Below are positions 1 through 9,758 of a stretch of DNA of 64,000 nt, in pieces (the first letter of the stretch is position 1; each line of letters begins with the position of its first letter). The stretch covers positions 2,773 to 66,772 of the forward strand of contig CALUVG010000001.1 of the NCBI GenBank assembly GCA_944324165.1, read 5' to 3'. Source of the DNA: Candidatus Gastranaerophilales bacterium (GTDB lineage: Bacteria > Cyanobacteriota > Vampirovibrionia > Gastranaerophilales > Gastranaerophilaceae). The position numbers and the translations under genes are program-made. Below the pieces are notes generated by a model. It ran no database searches, was not told the DNA's origin, and saw nothing but the letters and a program-made list of their open reading frames with translations.

Positions 1-792
1 GCCGTCTTTAAACAATGAGACATTACAGTGCATTCCGGAGCCATTAATACCATATATAGGTTTAGGCATAAATGTAGCATGAAGATTGTGACGTGCAGCC
101 ACAGCCTTTACCGCTATTTTAAAAGTCGCAACATTATCAGCAGTTGTGAGAATATCTGCATATTTAAAATCAACTTCATGTTGCCCGTCTGCAACTTCGT
201 GGTGTGATGCCTCAATATCAAATCCCATTTCCTGTAAGGTTAAAACAATATCGGATCTTATATCTTCTCCAAGGTCGTCCGGTCCTACATCATAATATCC
301 GGCATGGTCTGAAGTCTTTGTTGTAACATTTCCGTTTTCATCTTTTGCAAAAAGGAAAAATTCAGCTTCTGGTCCCATATTCATTGAAAATCCCATTTTC
401 TCGGCTTCTTGCATAACTCTTTTCAAATTACATCTAGGGCAGCCTTCAAAAGGAGTTCCGTCTGCATTATGAATGTCACAAATTAATCTTGCGGCATTCA
501 CGCCGCCTCTTTCCTTCCAAGGCAAAATTTGGAATGTGTTTCTATCCGGATAAAAATACATATCAGAAGTTTCAATACTTCTAAACCCTTTGATAGATGA
601 ACCGTCAAGCATAATTTCATTTGCAAGAACTTTTTCAATGTGATCGGAAGGTATTGACAAATTTTTAACCTGTCCGTTTATATCAACGAATTGTAATTTA
701 ATGAACTTAATATTGTATTGTTTAATAAGTTCTTTAATGTCTTCATCCGAATAATTTTTGTTGTTAAGCGGAATGTGCTTAAATTCTGTCAT
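1..792 (-). CDS. glnA: Glutamine synthetase type I, N-terminal ~264 aa (C-terminus lies beyond window start)
   Basis: Not in the ORF track because it is open at the window edge. Own translation from ATG at 792..790 gives [48 protein letters not shown]...[23 protein letters not shown]...[16 protein letters not shown]...GPEAEFFLF. This is the GlnA beta-grasp domain and the start of the catalytic domain. Confidence 0.9.
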   Translation of the reverse strand, partial: MTEFKHIPLNNKNYSDEDIKELIKQYNIKFIKLQFVDINGQVKNLSIPSDHIEKVLANEIMLDGSSIKGFRSIETSDMYFYPDRNTFQILPWKERGGVNAARLICDIHNADGTPFEGCPRCNLKRVMQEAEKMGFSMNMGPEAEFFLFAKDENGNVTTKTSDHAGYYDVGPDDLGEDIRSDIVLTLQEMGFDIEASHHEVADGQHEVDFKYADILTTADNVATFKIAVKAVAARHNLHATFMPKPIYGINGSGMHCNVSLFKDG

Positions 793-960
793 ACCTACCT
801 ACTTTCTTTTTGTAAAATTTAACTAAAACATAACCTTAATATTAAAGACTTTTTTTCCAAAAAGGTCAAGTAGTTTTATATTAAGAATAAATAAAGATAA
901 ACAGTTAAGCGAATATTAAATATAAAAATCACTATATAAGAAACGCGAGCTTAAAACTAA

Positions 961-1560
961 TTACCAATCTTCCGAACCATACTTTTTGTAAAGCTCTATA
1001 GTTTTATTTAATTTCTTTTCTACCATTTCAATTTTTTCTAATGTTTCTTTATTAGTTAATTTTTTACGAAGCACCTTCAAATCAAGCAATTCTTCTTTTG
1101 CTTTGCGTACCCGTTCTTTGTCTTCTTCTCTTTTCAGAAATAACCAGCCGGAAAATCCACATCCCGGAGGCACGATAGCCCATGGTGAGCTCGGGAAATG
1201 CTTACATAAGGTCATTCTGTCTTCATATCTGGAACACATGTTATCATCCTGAAGGTATCTGCAATAGTAAAAAGTTAAGTTATCAGTACTTTTATCATCA
1301 TTTTTCATATGCTCAAGAATGTTTTCAACAGTTTCATTACTGGCTTTACGAGCATCATCAATAGACGGATAAGGCGCAAAAATTTCTAAAAACTCTTTGG
1401 CATATACATCACCTTTTGCCGCAAGTTCTACCAATTCTTCATGCGGCGTGCCGGTTGTCACCACACGACAACATTTTCCACACATTAAACATAAATTTTG
1501 AGGACGCTTGTTTAAATAATTTTTTTCATATGAATCCATAGTATTATTATAAAACTGCAT
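961..1560 (-). CDS. YkgJ/UPF0153-type cysteine-cluster (CxxCxxCC) protein with K/E-rich coiled-coil tail
   Basis: CLMCGKCCRV motif near the N-terminus, further Cys (YYCRY, CSRY, LCKHF, PGCG), and a C-terminal KERVRKAKEELLDLKVLRKKL helix. Confidence 0.6.
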   Translation of the reverse strand: MQFYNNTMDSYEKNYLNKRPQNLCLMCGKCCRVVTTGTPHEELVELAAKGDVYAKEFLEIFAPYPSIDDARKASNETVENILEHMKNDDKSTDNLTFYYCRYLQDDNMCSRYEDRMTLCKHFPSSPWAIVPPGCGFSGWLFLKREEDKERVRKAKEELLDLKVLRKKLTNKETLEKIEMVEKKLNKTIELYKKYGSEDW

Positions 1561-1666
1561 GCCTGAAAAAGTTAATAATCGTTACATTTCTTAAACTTAC
1601 ACTAAAATAAGCAATATTTTTTATGTTAAATACTTTTATAATATAAGTAAGTAGTAAAGGGTAGTC

Positions 1667-2563
1667 ATGGAAAACTCAGTAGGACAATATCAAACACAAC
1701 CTGTACAGCCGCAGGCACAAGCATATGCCCCGCAGCCAGCCCCAATAATTCCGGGCAGCCAGTCAGGTGTGCATATACAAATATTTAATCCCTCTGTAGG
1801 AATGCCAGGAGGAGCTCCCGTTTATAATGTAAATGCTCCTTCTTACGGAACAAATCCAAATCAGACTCCAAGTTATCCATCCAATTATTATACAAATAAC
1901 TGGGGTCAAGGCTGCTGTGTGCCGCAATACCCTTGTTCAAATGTCCCGGGACAGTCAATTAACGGCGGAGTAACTCAAACTCAGAATGTAACTGTTAACC
2001 CTATTCCTGAATACAATGCCTCCAATATGCCTGCACAGAATGGTATAAATACACAACAGTCACAAATACCTCAAAACGGTCAGGCATCTGCAACAGCAGC
2101 TGCATCTACAGATGCAGGTAAAAAAACAGAAAAAAGAACTATTGTAATGTTGACAGATGACTATATAAAAAATGTTGAAAATTATTTAAATAGTCAGGAT
2201 AAAGAAGTTCGTTTAATGGGGGCTAAAGAAGTTGTAGCCAGAGCCCTTGAAGATCCTTCAAGAAAAGATGATAAGGCACTTACTGCACTTGTAAATAAAA
2301 TGATACAGGATCCGGATATGAAAGTAAGATTTCTTGGTCTGAGCCTGTTGTATTCTCGCAACATAACCGGAGACGCAACCACTGCACAAATATTAACTAA
2401 TATGCAGAACACAACAACCGGTTACGGACAAGATGCCCTAATGGCAGCTAATATCCTTCTCAAAATGTCAGGACAAACAACTGAAAAAGAATTTGAAGTA
2501 ACAAGTAAAGATAAGAAAAAAGAAAAATCAGAAGATATTAACAAGGTAATGACATTATTATGA
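1667..2563 (+). CDS. Hypothetical protein: Q/P/N-rich low-complexity N-half plus HEAT/armadillo-like C-half
   Basis: 298-aa ORF with AAAGGG SD-like sequence upstream. The N-half is rich in Q, P, N and Y with a GCCVPQYPC motif. The C-half has VRLMGAKEVVARALEDP...DPDMKVRFLGLSLL, a HEAT-like repeat. Confidence 0.6.
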   Translation: MENSVGQYQTQPVQPQAQAYAPQPAPIIPGSQSGVHIQIFNPSVGMPGGAPVYNVNAPSYGTNPNQTPSYPSNYYTNNWGQGCCVPQYPCSNVPGQSINGGVTQTQNVTVNPIPEYNASNMPAQNGINTQQSQIPQNGQASATAAASTDAGKKTEKRTIVMLTDDYIKNVENYLNSQDKEVRLMGAKEVVARALEDPSRKDDKALTALVNKMIQDPDMKVRFLGLSLLYSRNITGDATTAQILTNMQNTTTGYGQDALMAANILLKMSGQTTEKEFEVTSKDKKKEKSEDINKVMTLL

Positions 2564-3030
2564 CGATAATTTCTGCAATAAAAAACAATTATGGTAAATA
2601 TCTTGCAAAAGGCGCAGGTGTGCTGGCTCTTGGCATTGTAGGCTATGATTCGCATGTACTTGGCAAAATAAATTCAGATGCTTATGCTAAAACTCAAGAT
2701 GCTAAGGCGTGCAGAGATTCTTATAATAACACTATGTTTCTTGCTGATCCAAGTATCACAACCTCAAAGGCTAAAAATTTCCTATTTGATTTACAGGTTC
2801 AGGATAATGTCCGTCATTTTGTAAATTCTGCTATCGGTTATTTTAAAGGATTCGGGTCCATGCTTGTTAATTCTGTTGTACCGCTTGGACTCGGTGCAGG
2901 AGCACTTTTATCAAAAAACAATAAAGTTGCAGGAGGCTTCGGTATAGGTCTTGCAGTCTATGGAGTAATTAAATTTTTGAAAGATGTCTGCGGGCTCGGA
3001 CACTCCAACGACTTTAAGAAGAAGTTTTAA
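2560..3030 (+). CDS. Hypothetical small membrane protein (Gly/Ala-rich hydrophobic segments)
   Basis: ATGA start/stop overlap with the preceding ORF. Segments GAGVLALGIVGY, VVPLGLGAGALL and GGFGIGLAVYGVIKFL. Confidence 0.55.
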   Translation: MTIISAIKNNYGKYLAKGAGVLALGIVGYDSHVLGKINSDAYAKTQDAKACRDSYNNTMFLADPSITTSKAKNFLFDLQVQDNVRHFVNSAIGYFKGFGSMLVNSVVPLGLGAGALLSKNNKVAGGFGIGLAVYGVIKFLKDVCGLGHSNDFKKKF

Positions 3031-3706
3031 TAAACTTTTCGTATAAATCAGGACGGCGTTCTTGAGTTCTTTTCAGACTTTCCTGATAACGAAACTCTTT
3101 TATCTGTTTATGATTACCGTTCAATAAAACATCCGGCACATTCAACCCTCTGTATTCTCTCGGCTTTGTGTAATGAGGATATTCCAAAAGACCGTTTGAA
3201 AAACTGTCTTCTTCTGCTGATTCAAGTTTTCCGAGAGTACCTTCCAGTTTACGGCTGACTGCATCAATTACGCATAATGCAGGTAATTCTCCTCCAGTCA
3301 AGACAAAATCTCCAATAGAAATTTCCCGTGGATTAATTATATCCCGAATTCTTTCATCAAATCCCTCATAATGCCCGCAAAGCAATATAATTTGATCAGC
3401 CTGCGCAAACTCATTAACTATACTGTCAGTAAAAGGTTCTCCCTGCGGGGAAAGCAAAACAGTTATTGATTTGTCTGCACGAACAATACTTTCATATGCA
3501 TCAACATAAGGCTGTGCCATTAAGACCATTCCTGCGCCACCCCCATATGGCGTGTCATCCACCTTTTTATGTTTATCCAGCGTGAACTCTCGCGGATTTA
3601 CCACGTTTAACCGAAAAACGTCGCGTTCTACTGCCCTTTTCATTATGCTGTAACTGCAAAATTGTTCTATCATTTCCGGGAAAAGTGTCAATACATCAAA
3701 TCTCAT
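3014..3706 (-). CDS. trmD: tRNA (guanine37-N1)-methyltransferase
   Basis: MRFDVLTLFPEM..., GGGAGMVLM, LLCGHYEGFDERI, FVLTGGELPALCVIDAVSR. 4-nt overlap with rimM. Confidence 0.95.
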   Translation of the reverse strand: MRFDVLTLFPEMIEQFCSYSIMKRAVERDVFRLNVVNPREFTLDKHKKVDDTPYGGGAGMVLMAQPYVDAYESIVRADKSITVLLSPQGEPFTDSIVNEFAQADQIILLCGHYEGFDERIRDIINPREISIGDFVLTGGELPALCVIDAVSRKLEGTLGKLESAEEDSFSNGLLEYPHYTKPREYRGLNVPDVLLNGNHKQIKEFRYQESLKRTQERRPDLYEKFIKTSS

Positions 3707-4218
3707 TCTAACAACCCTTCCAGATTATTTATAAAAATTCTTCTATCTGACAATTTTACATCTGTCACAATCGCTTTTACAAAAGGAATTAGAGAAATTT
3801 TTTTGGAATTTGTTTTTACTGATAACAGATCATTTGCGCCATTATTGGAAACCCCAATAACAAACCCTAATTTTTTGTTATTATTATCGAAAACTTCCAT
3901 TCCTACAAGTTCATCTATCAAAAACTCATCTTCTTCAAGATTTTCTCTTATAGTTTGTTCAGTTACAAAAAGCAGGTCACCTTTGTAATCAATCAAATCA
4001 TTAATGGACTCAATTCCCTCAAACTTGACAATAGCAACATTTTTGGAAATACGCACACGCAAAATTTTTAAAGGTAAATATTCATTGTTATGTTTAACAA
4101 AAACTTCCTTTAATGAGCAGAAAAAATCCTGCTGATTTTTTGAGAAACCGACTTTTGCTTCACCCTGTATTCCGTGAAAATTTAAAATCTTACCTACTGA
4201 AACTAATTTATCATTCAT
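3703..4218 (-). CDS. rimM: 16S rRNA processing protein RimM
   Basis: VSVGKILNFHGIQGEAKV N-terminus, a PRC-barrel-like C-terminus, and position directly upstream of trmD. Confidence 0.9.
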   Translation of the reverse strand: MNDKLVSVGKILNFHGIQGEAKVGFSKNQQDFFCSLKEVFVKHNNEYLPLKILRVRISKNVAIVKFEGIESINDLIDYKGDLLFVTEQTIRENLEEDEFLIDELVGMEVFDNNNKKLGFVIGVSNNGANDLLSVKTNSKKISLIPFVKAIVTDVKLSDRRIFINNLEGLLE

Positions 4219-5294
4219 GCTTCAGCTGTTTCTTCCGCTTTCTTAGATTTTCTTCCGCGTTTAGGTTTTGTTTCTTCAGCCGGTTTTTCTTCAGCGACCG
4301 CGGTTTCTTCAGATTTAGGAGTTTCTTCTACTATTTCTTTTATATCTTCAGAAACATTAGTTTCTTGTTCAGGAGCGGCATCTGTTTTTTCCTGTACATT
4401 TTCAACTGTTTCTTCCGGTTGAGGTTTAACTTTCTTAGGAGGTTTTCTGTATTCTTCTGGAGCATCAGGTCTATCCTGATTCCATCTTTTCAAGCCCATT
4501 TGAGCGCGAATCAAACCTATGCCTACGTGAACACGCCATTCATCCATTTTTAACTGAGCTGCTATAATTTTATGACATCCGATTGGAGGCAAAGGCAAAA
4601 GCGGTTCATAAAGATTTTTTATAGCAAATAGCTGATCAGGAGAAATTGCAAGTTTTCGTTTAGGGAACGGTAATTTCGGCAGCATGAGTTTTTGTCTTAT
4701 CAAATTAATACCGAAAAATACCTTTCTTGGTTCAAGACCGATTTTTTCACCGATAACTTCATGTGCATCAGGATTTGGCAATGGCAGCATAGCCTTATAG
4801 AGTAATTCTATCTGATCCAGCTGTTCTTTTGTTACAAGAAGTTGTTTTGGAGCTTTAGGTTTGCTGCTTGGACGTCTAAATTTGTTATTTTGCGTACGTC
4901 TGTTAAATCTGTTATCACGACTGCCTTGAGCCTTTTGACCACCGTATGAATTATTACGTCTATCACGATTATACGGATTACGGCTGCCATAATTAGAACG
5001 ATTTCCCTGTTGACGGGCATCTCTATTGTAGCCGCCTGCATTATAACTTGAACGCTGAGGTCTTTGCTGCGGTCTTTGAGAAGTACCGCCGGCACTATAA
5101 AATCTTGGTGCTTCAGGAGTACTATATGACTGCAGCGGTTGTTGTGTTTCTTCTTGCTGCTTATTCTCACCATCGGTTGCAGTCGAATTTATCATCATGC
5201 TTTTATCCGGGTACAAACAATCCGGACAGATAACTCTTTTGGGGTTTTTAGTTTCAAACTCACGACCGCATTTGATACACTTGTTTACATACAT
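4215..5294 (-). CDS. Hypothetical zinc-ribbon protein with R/N/Q/G/Y-rich linker, tandem ~50-aa duplicated module and acidic/lysine tail
   Basis: CIKCG...CPDC at the N-terminus. Two aligned modules, TKEQLDQIELLYKAMLPLPNP..GINLIRQKL and SPDQLFAIKNLYEPLLPLPPI..GIGLIRAQM. The stop overlaps the rimM ATG (ATGA). Confidence 0.7.
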   Translation of the reverse strand: MYVNKCIKCGREFETKNPKRVICPDCLYPDKSMMINSTATDGENKQQEETQQPLQSYSTPEAPRFYSAGGTSQRPQQRPQRSSYNAGGYNRDARQQGNRSNYGSRNPYNRDRRNNSYGGQKAQGSRDNRFNRRTQNNKFRRPSSKPKAPKQLLVTKEQLDQIELLYKAMLPLPNPDAHEVIGEKIGLEPRKVFFGINLIRQKLMLPKLPFPKRKLAISPDQLFAIKNLYEPLLPLPPIGCHKIIAAQLKMDEWRVHVGIGLIRAQMGLKRWNQDRPDAPEEYRKPPKKVKPQPEETVENVQEKTDAAPEQETNVSEDIKEIVEETPKSEETAVAEEKPAEETKPKRGRKSKKAEETAEA

Positions 5295-5462
5295 AATAGA
5301 TTAGCCTCTTAATTAAAAATAATACGATACATTAATAAAAAATAATAAAGTTAATAAAGTAAATTCTCCTCAGTGTAAAAAAATAAATTTTCTTCACAAA
5401 ATAGATCTATGCTAAGTAATATTATTATAACACAATATCTGAAAATTTTCAAGTGGTAAGTT

Positions 5463-5900
5463 TTATTTTTCGATATAAAATGTTACAGGACCGTCATTAA
5501 TCAGCTCTACATCCATCATAGCGCGGAATTTGCCTGTTTTGGAGTGCAGACCGCAGCTATTAACACATTTAATGAAATATTCATATAAGTCAACTGCCAT
5601 ATCAGGAGGAGCAGATTTATCAAACGAAGGGCGTGTACCCTTTTTGCAATCACCGCAAAGTGTAAACTGTGAAACTATAAGTATTTCACCTTTAACATCC
5701 AATAATGAATAATTCATTTTTTCATTTTCATCCTCAAAAATACGTAAATTTACAATCTTTTGCGCAAGTTTTTCCGCATTTTGACGGGTATCCGTTTTTT
5801 CAACCCCCAAAAATACAAGCAGCCCTTTTCCTATTTCTGAATACAAGTTTTTTTCTATTGTAACAGAGGCATGTTTAACCCTCTGGATTAATGCTTTCAT
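5463..5900 (-). CDS. dtd: D-aminoacyl-tRNA deacylase
   Basis: MKALIQRVKHASV..., LLVFLGVEK, SQFTLCGD, DGPVTFYIE. Typical length of 145 aa. Confidence 0.9.
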   Translation of the reverse strand: MKALIQRVKHASVTIEKNLYSEIGKGLLVFLGVEKTDTRQNAEKLAQKIVNLRIFEDENEKMNYSLLDVKGEILIVSQFTLCGDCKKGTRPSFDKSAPPDMAVDLYEYFIKCVNSCGLHSKTGKFRAMMDVELINDGPVTFYIEK

Positions 5901-6080
5901 TCAACATAGTCCTTACTTTATATCTTCACAATTATTTTAAGGAAAAAATATATATTTTTAAAGCTTTTATTTAGGTTAGTGAAAATGCTTAATAATACTT
6001 AATATTAACGCTTTAAAAGGCAATAAATTATTCTTTATATATTTTATATATATGAAGAACATATTAACGAGAGTATAGAA

Positions 6081-6638
6081 ATGACTTTTGGAATTTATAC
6101 CAACTACACACAGCAGACATTTCCAATGTACGGTCAACCCGGATTTATGGCACCGGTAACATTCAATTCGCCATCTTTATTTATGGCTGGAGGCTGCATA
6201 CCGCCTATGGTCGGCGGATGCTATGATACCTTTGGCGGTATGGGAATGATGGGATACGGTTATGACTGTTGCTGTGGGAACGGTTATGGCGGTTATGACG
6301 ACGGCGGAAAATTAACAGGATTGGAAAAAGGGTTATTAATAGGAGCCGGAGCCGCTGTAGGAGCAGGATTAATCGTAAGATTTGCGAAACCTATAGGTAA
6401 ATTCTTCTCGACTGTTGGAAAAGGCATCTGGTCAGGACTAAAATGGACAGGAAACATGATTGCCAAAGGGGCTAAAGGGGTCTGGAACGGCATGAAATGG
6501 GTTGGAAAGAAAATCGGACAAGGAGCAAAATGGTTATGGAACCACACTCTGGGAAAATTATTCAACAAAAAAGATAAGACAGAAACAGAAAATACAGGCA
6601 ATACAGCGGCAACTAAAACAACTACAGAAACTGAATAA
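6081..6638 (+). CDS. Hypothetical Gly/Cys/Met-rich protein with one Gly-zipper TM and three W/K/G amphipathic repeats
   Basis: GGMGMMGYGYDCCCGNGYGGYDDGG; TM segment GLLIGAGAAVGAGLIV; repeats KGIWSGLKWTG, KGVWNGMKWVG and AKWLWNHTLG. Followed by a terminator. Confidence 0.6.
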   Translation: MTFGIYTNYTQQTFPMYGQPGFMAPVTFNSPSLFMAGGCIPPMVGGCYDTFGGMGMMGYGYDCCCGNGYGGYDDGGKLTGLEKGLLIGAGAAVGAGLIVRFAKPIGKFFSTVGKGIWSGLKWTGNMIAKGAKGVWNGMKWVGKKIGQGAKWLWNHTLGKLFNKKDKTETENTGNTAATKTTTETE

Positions 6639-6647
6639 ATTTATAAA

Positions 6648-6672
6648 ACGAGGTTATTTGACCTCGTTTTTA
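6648..6672. terminator. Bidirectional intrinsic terminator between convergent genes
   Basis: acgaggt-tatttg-acctcgt stem-loop, followed by TTTTT on the plus strand and a T-rich run on the minus strand. Confidence 0.7.
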
Positions 6673-7902
6673 TTACTCATATCTTAGTGCATCAATAGGA
6701 TTTAACAGGGAAGCTTTATAGGCAGGATAGTACCCGAACAATACACCTATAGCTCCCGAAAATCCAAGTGAAAGAACAATAGAGAAAGTTGATATGGAAA
6801 TAGTCATTCCGCCGAAAATTTCCATACTCTTTGCCCCCAAAATACCTATTAAAACTCCGATAAGCCCCCCTATTATTGATAATAAAAATGACTCAATCAA
6901 AAATTGCAGCCTTATATCAGAGGCTTTGGCTCCTATTGCCATACGAATACCTATTTCTTTTGTTCTTTCCGTAACAGAAACAAGCATAATATTCATAATA
7001 CCTATTCCTCCCACCAGTAAAGAAACAGATGCTATAGCCCCCAAAAGCAGTGACATAGTCCGTGTTGAGGATTTAATTGTTTCCTGCATTTCAGTCAAAT
7101 TTCTTACCTGAAAATCATCCTCCTGAGTTTTGCCGAGATGATGACGTTTTCTAAGAAGTTCTGCAATTTCTTGTTCTGCACTTGAAAGATATTCATCAGA
7201 TTGAGTTTGGACATTAATCATTTTGACTGTTCCGGGAAAATCTGTACCAAAAACTTTTTTCTGGGCTGTGGTTATTGGTATAAATACAAGGTCATCCTGA
7301 TCCATTCCCATTCCGTTTTCACCTTTCACCTTTAAGGTTCCTATCACTTTAAACGGAATATTACCTATTCTGATTGTTTTATTAATTGGATCCATATCTC
7401 CAAAAAGTTCTGTAGAGACAGTATCCCCAATTATGGCAACCTTGGTTGTATTTTTTATATCTTCAGGAATAAAATTTCTGCCTGACATAATTTCCCAATT
7501 TCTTATAACGAGATAAGATGCAGTAGTTCCGGCTACAGTCGTAGACCAGTTTTGATTACCGTACGTTAATTGCTGTGCTTCCGAGCTATATGGGGCGACT
7601 GCAAAAATTCCGTTTACACTTTTTTCAATAGCTTCAGCGTCTTTTAAAGTAAGCGTTGGTTTAGTACCGCTCCCCATACGAACACCGCCTGAGGTAACAG
7701 ATCCGGAACGTATCATCAAAAGATTACTCCCCATAGATTCCATATCTTTAGCGATTTTTTCACTGGCCCCCGTACCTACAGCCAGCATTATAATAACTGC
7801 GCTGACACCGATAATTATTCCCAAACTTGTAAGCATTGAACGCATTTTATTAATTTTTAAAGACACAACAGACATCTTTAACAAGGATTTAAAATCAATC
7901 AT
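6673..7902 (-). CDS. ABC transporter permease, MacB/FtsX family
   Basis: N-terminal TM, large periplasmic domain, C-terminal FtsX-type 3-TM bundle, ...AYKASLLNPIDALRYE end. 4-nt overlap with the ATPase gene. Confidence 0.9.
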   Translation of the reverse strand: MIDFKSLLKMSVVSLKINKMRSMLTSLGIIIGVSAVIIMLAVGTGASEKIAKDMESMGSNLLMIRSGSVTSGGVRMGSGTKPTLTLKDAEAIEKSVNGIFAVAPYSSEAQQLTYGNQNWSTTVAGTTASYLVIRNWEIMSGRNFIPEDIKNTTKVAIIGDTVSTELFGDMDPINKTIRIGNIPFKVIGTLKVKGENGMGMDQDDLVFIPITTAQKKVFGTDFPGTVKMINVQTQSDEYLSSAEQEIAELLRKRHHLGKTQEDDFQVRNLTEMQETIKSSTRTMSLLLGAIASVSLLVGGIGIMNIMLVSVTERTKEIGIRMAIGAKASDIRLQFLIESFLLSIIGGLIGVLIGILGAKSMEIFGGMTISISTFSIVLSLGFSGAIGVLFGYYPAYKASLLNPIDALRYE

Positions 7903-8585
7903 ACTTTTACCTCATCGGAAATTATATTTCCGTCTTTAAACCTAACAACCCGCTTACAGTATTCCGCAATATCAGGTTCATGTGTTACAAGAACGATTGT
8001 TTTGCCGGTTTTGGCATTAAGATTAACAAAAAACTCCATAACCTCAATACTGGTTTTTGTATCAAGATTACCTGTAGGCTCATCAGCAAGGATAAGAGGC
8101 GGATCATTAATTATTGCCCTTGCAATAGCAACACGCTGCTGCTGACCTCCTGACATTTGATTGGGCATATGATTTGCTCGCCCCTCAAGTCCAACTATTC
8201 TCAAAGCCTCCATTGCTCTCTCACGTCGTTCATGTTCCGGGACACCGTAATATATCATCGGAAGTTCCACATTTTCAACAGCGGTAGTTCGCGATATAAG
8301 ATTAAACCCTTGAAATACAAACCCCATTTTTACATTTCTTATTTTAGAAAGTTCATCAGAATTTAGAGATAAAACATCTATACCATCAAGGTGATAACTC
8401 CCGGAATTAGGTTTATCCAGAGTGCCAAGCATATTCATAAAGGTTGATTTTCCTGAACCGGACGCCCCCATGATAGCGACAAATTCACCCTCATCAATGG
8501 ATAAAGAAACATTATTAAGTGCATTAAATGAATCTTCACCTGTCTGATATGTTTTTATCGCATTTTTTACTTCTATTAAACTCAA
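7899..8585 (-). CDS. ABC transporter ATP-binding protein (MacB/LolD-type)
   Basis: Walker A GASGSGKST, signature MSGGQQQRVAIARA, Walker B ILADEPTGNLD. Confidence 0.95.
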   Translation of the reverse strand: MSLIEVKNAIKTYQTGEDSFNALNNVSLSIDEGEFVAIMGASGSGKSTFMNMLGTLDKPNSGSYHLDGIDVLSLNSDELSKIRNVKMGFVFQGFNLISRTTAVENVELPMIYYGVPEHERRERAMEALRIVGLEGRANHMPNQMSGGQQQRVAIARAIINDPPLILADEPTGNLDTKTSIEVMEFFVNLNAKTGKTIVLVTHEPDIAEYCKRVVRFKDGNIISDEVKV

Positions 8586-8597
8586 ATTTACACCTTT

Positions 8598-9758
8598 CTA
8601 AAACATTCTCATTGGAGGTTTATGTTCACCGGTTTTGCTATCTTTTCCTTTGATACCGGTTATAACCTTAGTGCCTTCTTTTATATGTTTTGAAATAATT
8701 TCTGTACGAGAGTCATCACTGGCACCGGTTTCTATTGTAATTCTTTCCGGTTTACGTTTATTCATAACCCATATACCTTTAGTTTTATACTTTTTGCCAT
8801 CAGTATTAGGGGTAAATTTTAATGCTGTAGTTGGAGCGCAAAGAACATTTTCCCGTTTATTGGTAATAATAGAAACATTAGCCGTCATACCCGGTTTAAG
8901 TTTTAAATCATCATTTGCGACATCAACAATTACAGAATAAGTTACAACATTAGATGTATTGGTAGAAGCCAGACGCACCTGAGTAACTTTACCTTCAAAA
9001 ACGCTATCAGCATATCCGTCAAGCGTATAGGTTACATCCTGTCCTTCTTTTACCTCTCCTATATCTGCCTCTGAAACATTAACTTCTATCTGCATTTTAG
9101 TCAAATCCTGAGCAATAGTAAACAATTCTGGAGCCTGAAAGCTTGCAGCTACCGGCTGTCCAACATCAATTTCACGAGAAATAACTGTACCGTCAACCGG
9201 AGCTATAATTCTTGTATAGCCCAGATTGGTCAATGCAGTTTGCAATGATGCTTGATATTGTCTAATTTGAGCTTTAGCAGCCGCAATTTGAGCAAGATCT
9301 GACTTATATGTACTGTAAGCCTGATCTAATTCACTTTTTGCAACAAAATTTTTGGCATATAAATTTTTATAACGCTGATAAGTCATCCGGTCGTATTCAG
9401 TTACAGCCTCTAATTTTGCAACATTTGCCTGAGCATTAGCTATTTGTGCCTGATTTTGCTGGACAGTCGCCTCAAAAGTAGCCGGGTCAATTTGCGCAAG
9501 CACCTGACCTTTTTTAACCTGTGAATTATAATCAACATATATTTCTTTAATCAACCCGGAAACAGTTGAACCAACGCTTACTGTGTTAACAGGATTTATC
9601 GTGCCTGATGCTTCCACAAATTGTGTAATTGTACAGCGTTTTATATCTCTTGTTTCATATCTTACCCTATTTTTAATTTTGGTTGTTATTACCATTGATA
9701 GAATTAATAGAATAACAATTATAACAGGTATCCAATATTTTGGTTTCATTTTAATCAT
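8598..9758 (-). CDS. Efflux periplasmic adaptor, HlyD/MacA family
   Basis: N-terminal TM anchor, lipoyl-like GQVLAQIDP, long coiled coil (QAQIANAQANVAKLEA...), beta-barrel C-terminal part. Confidence 0.9.
   Translation of the reverse strand: MIKMKPKYWIPVIIVILLILSMVITTKIKNRVRYETRDIKRCTITQFVEASGTINPVNTVSVGSTVSGLIKEIYVDYNSQVKKGQVLAQIDPATFEATVQQNQAQIANAQANVAKLEAVTEYDRMTYQRYKNLYAKNFVAKSELDQAYSTYKSDLAQIAAAKAQIRQYQASLQTALTNLGYTRIIAPVDGTVISREIDVGQPVAASFQAPELFTIAQDLTKMQIEVNVSEADIGEVKEGQDVTYTLDGYADSVFEGKVTQVRLASTNTSNVVTYSVIVDVANDDLKLKPGMTANVSIITNKRENVLCAPTTALKFTPNTDGKKYKTKGIWVMNKRKPERITIETGASDDSRTEIISKHIKEGTKVITGIKGKDSKTGEHKPPMRMF

Noticed and set aside
793-960. Glutamine riboswitch (glnA RNA motif) or NtcA site upstream of glnA
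   Set aside because: The region is AT-rich. It lacks the GC-rich conserved core of the glnA motif, and I found no GTA-N8-TAC box.
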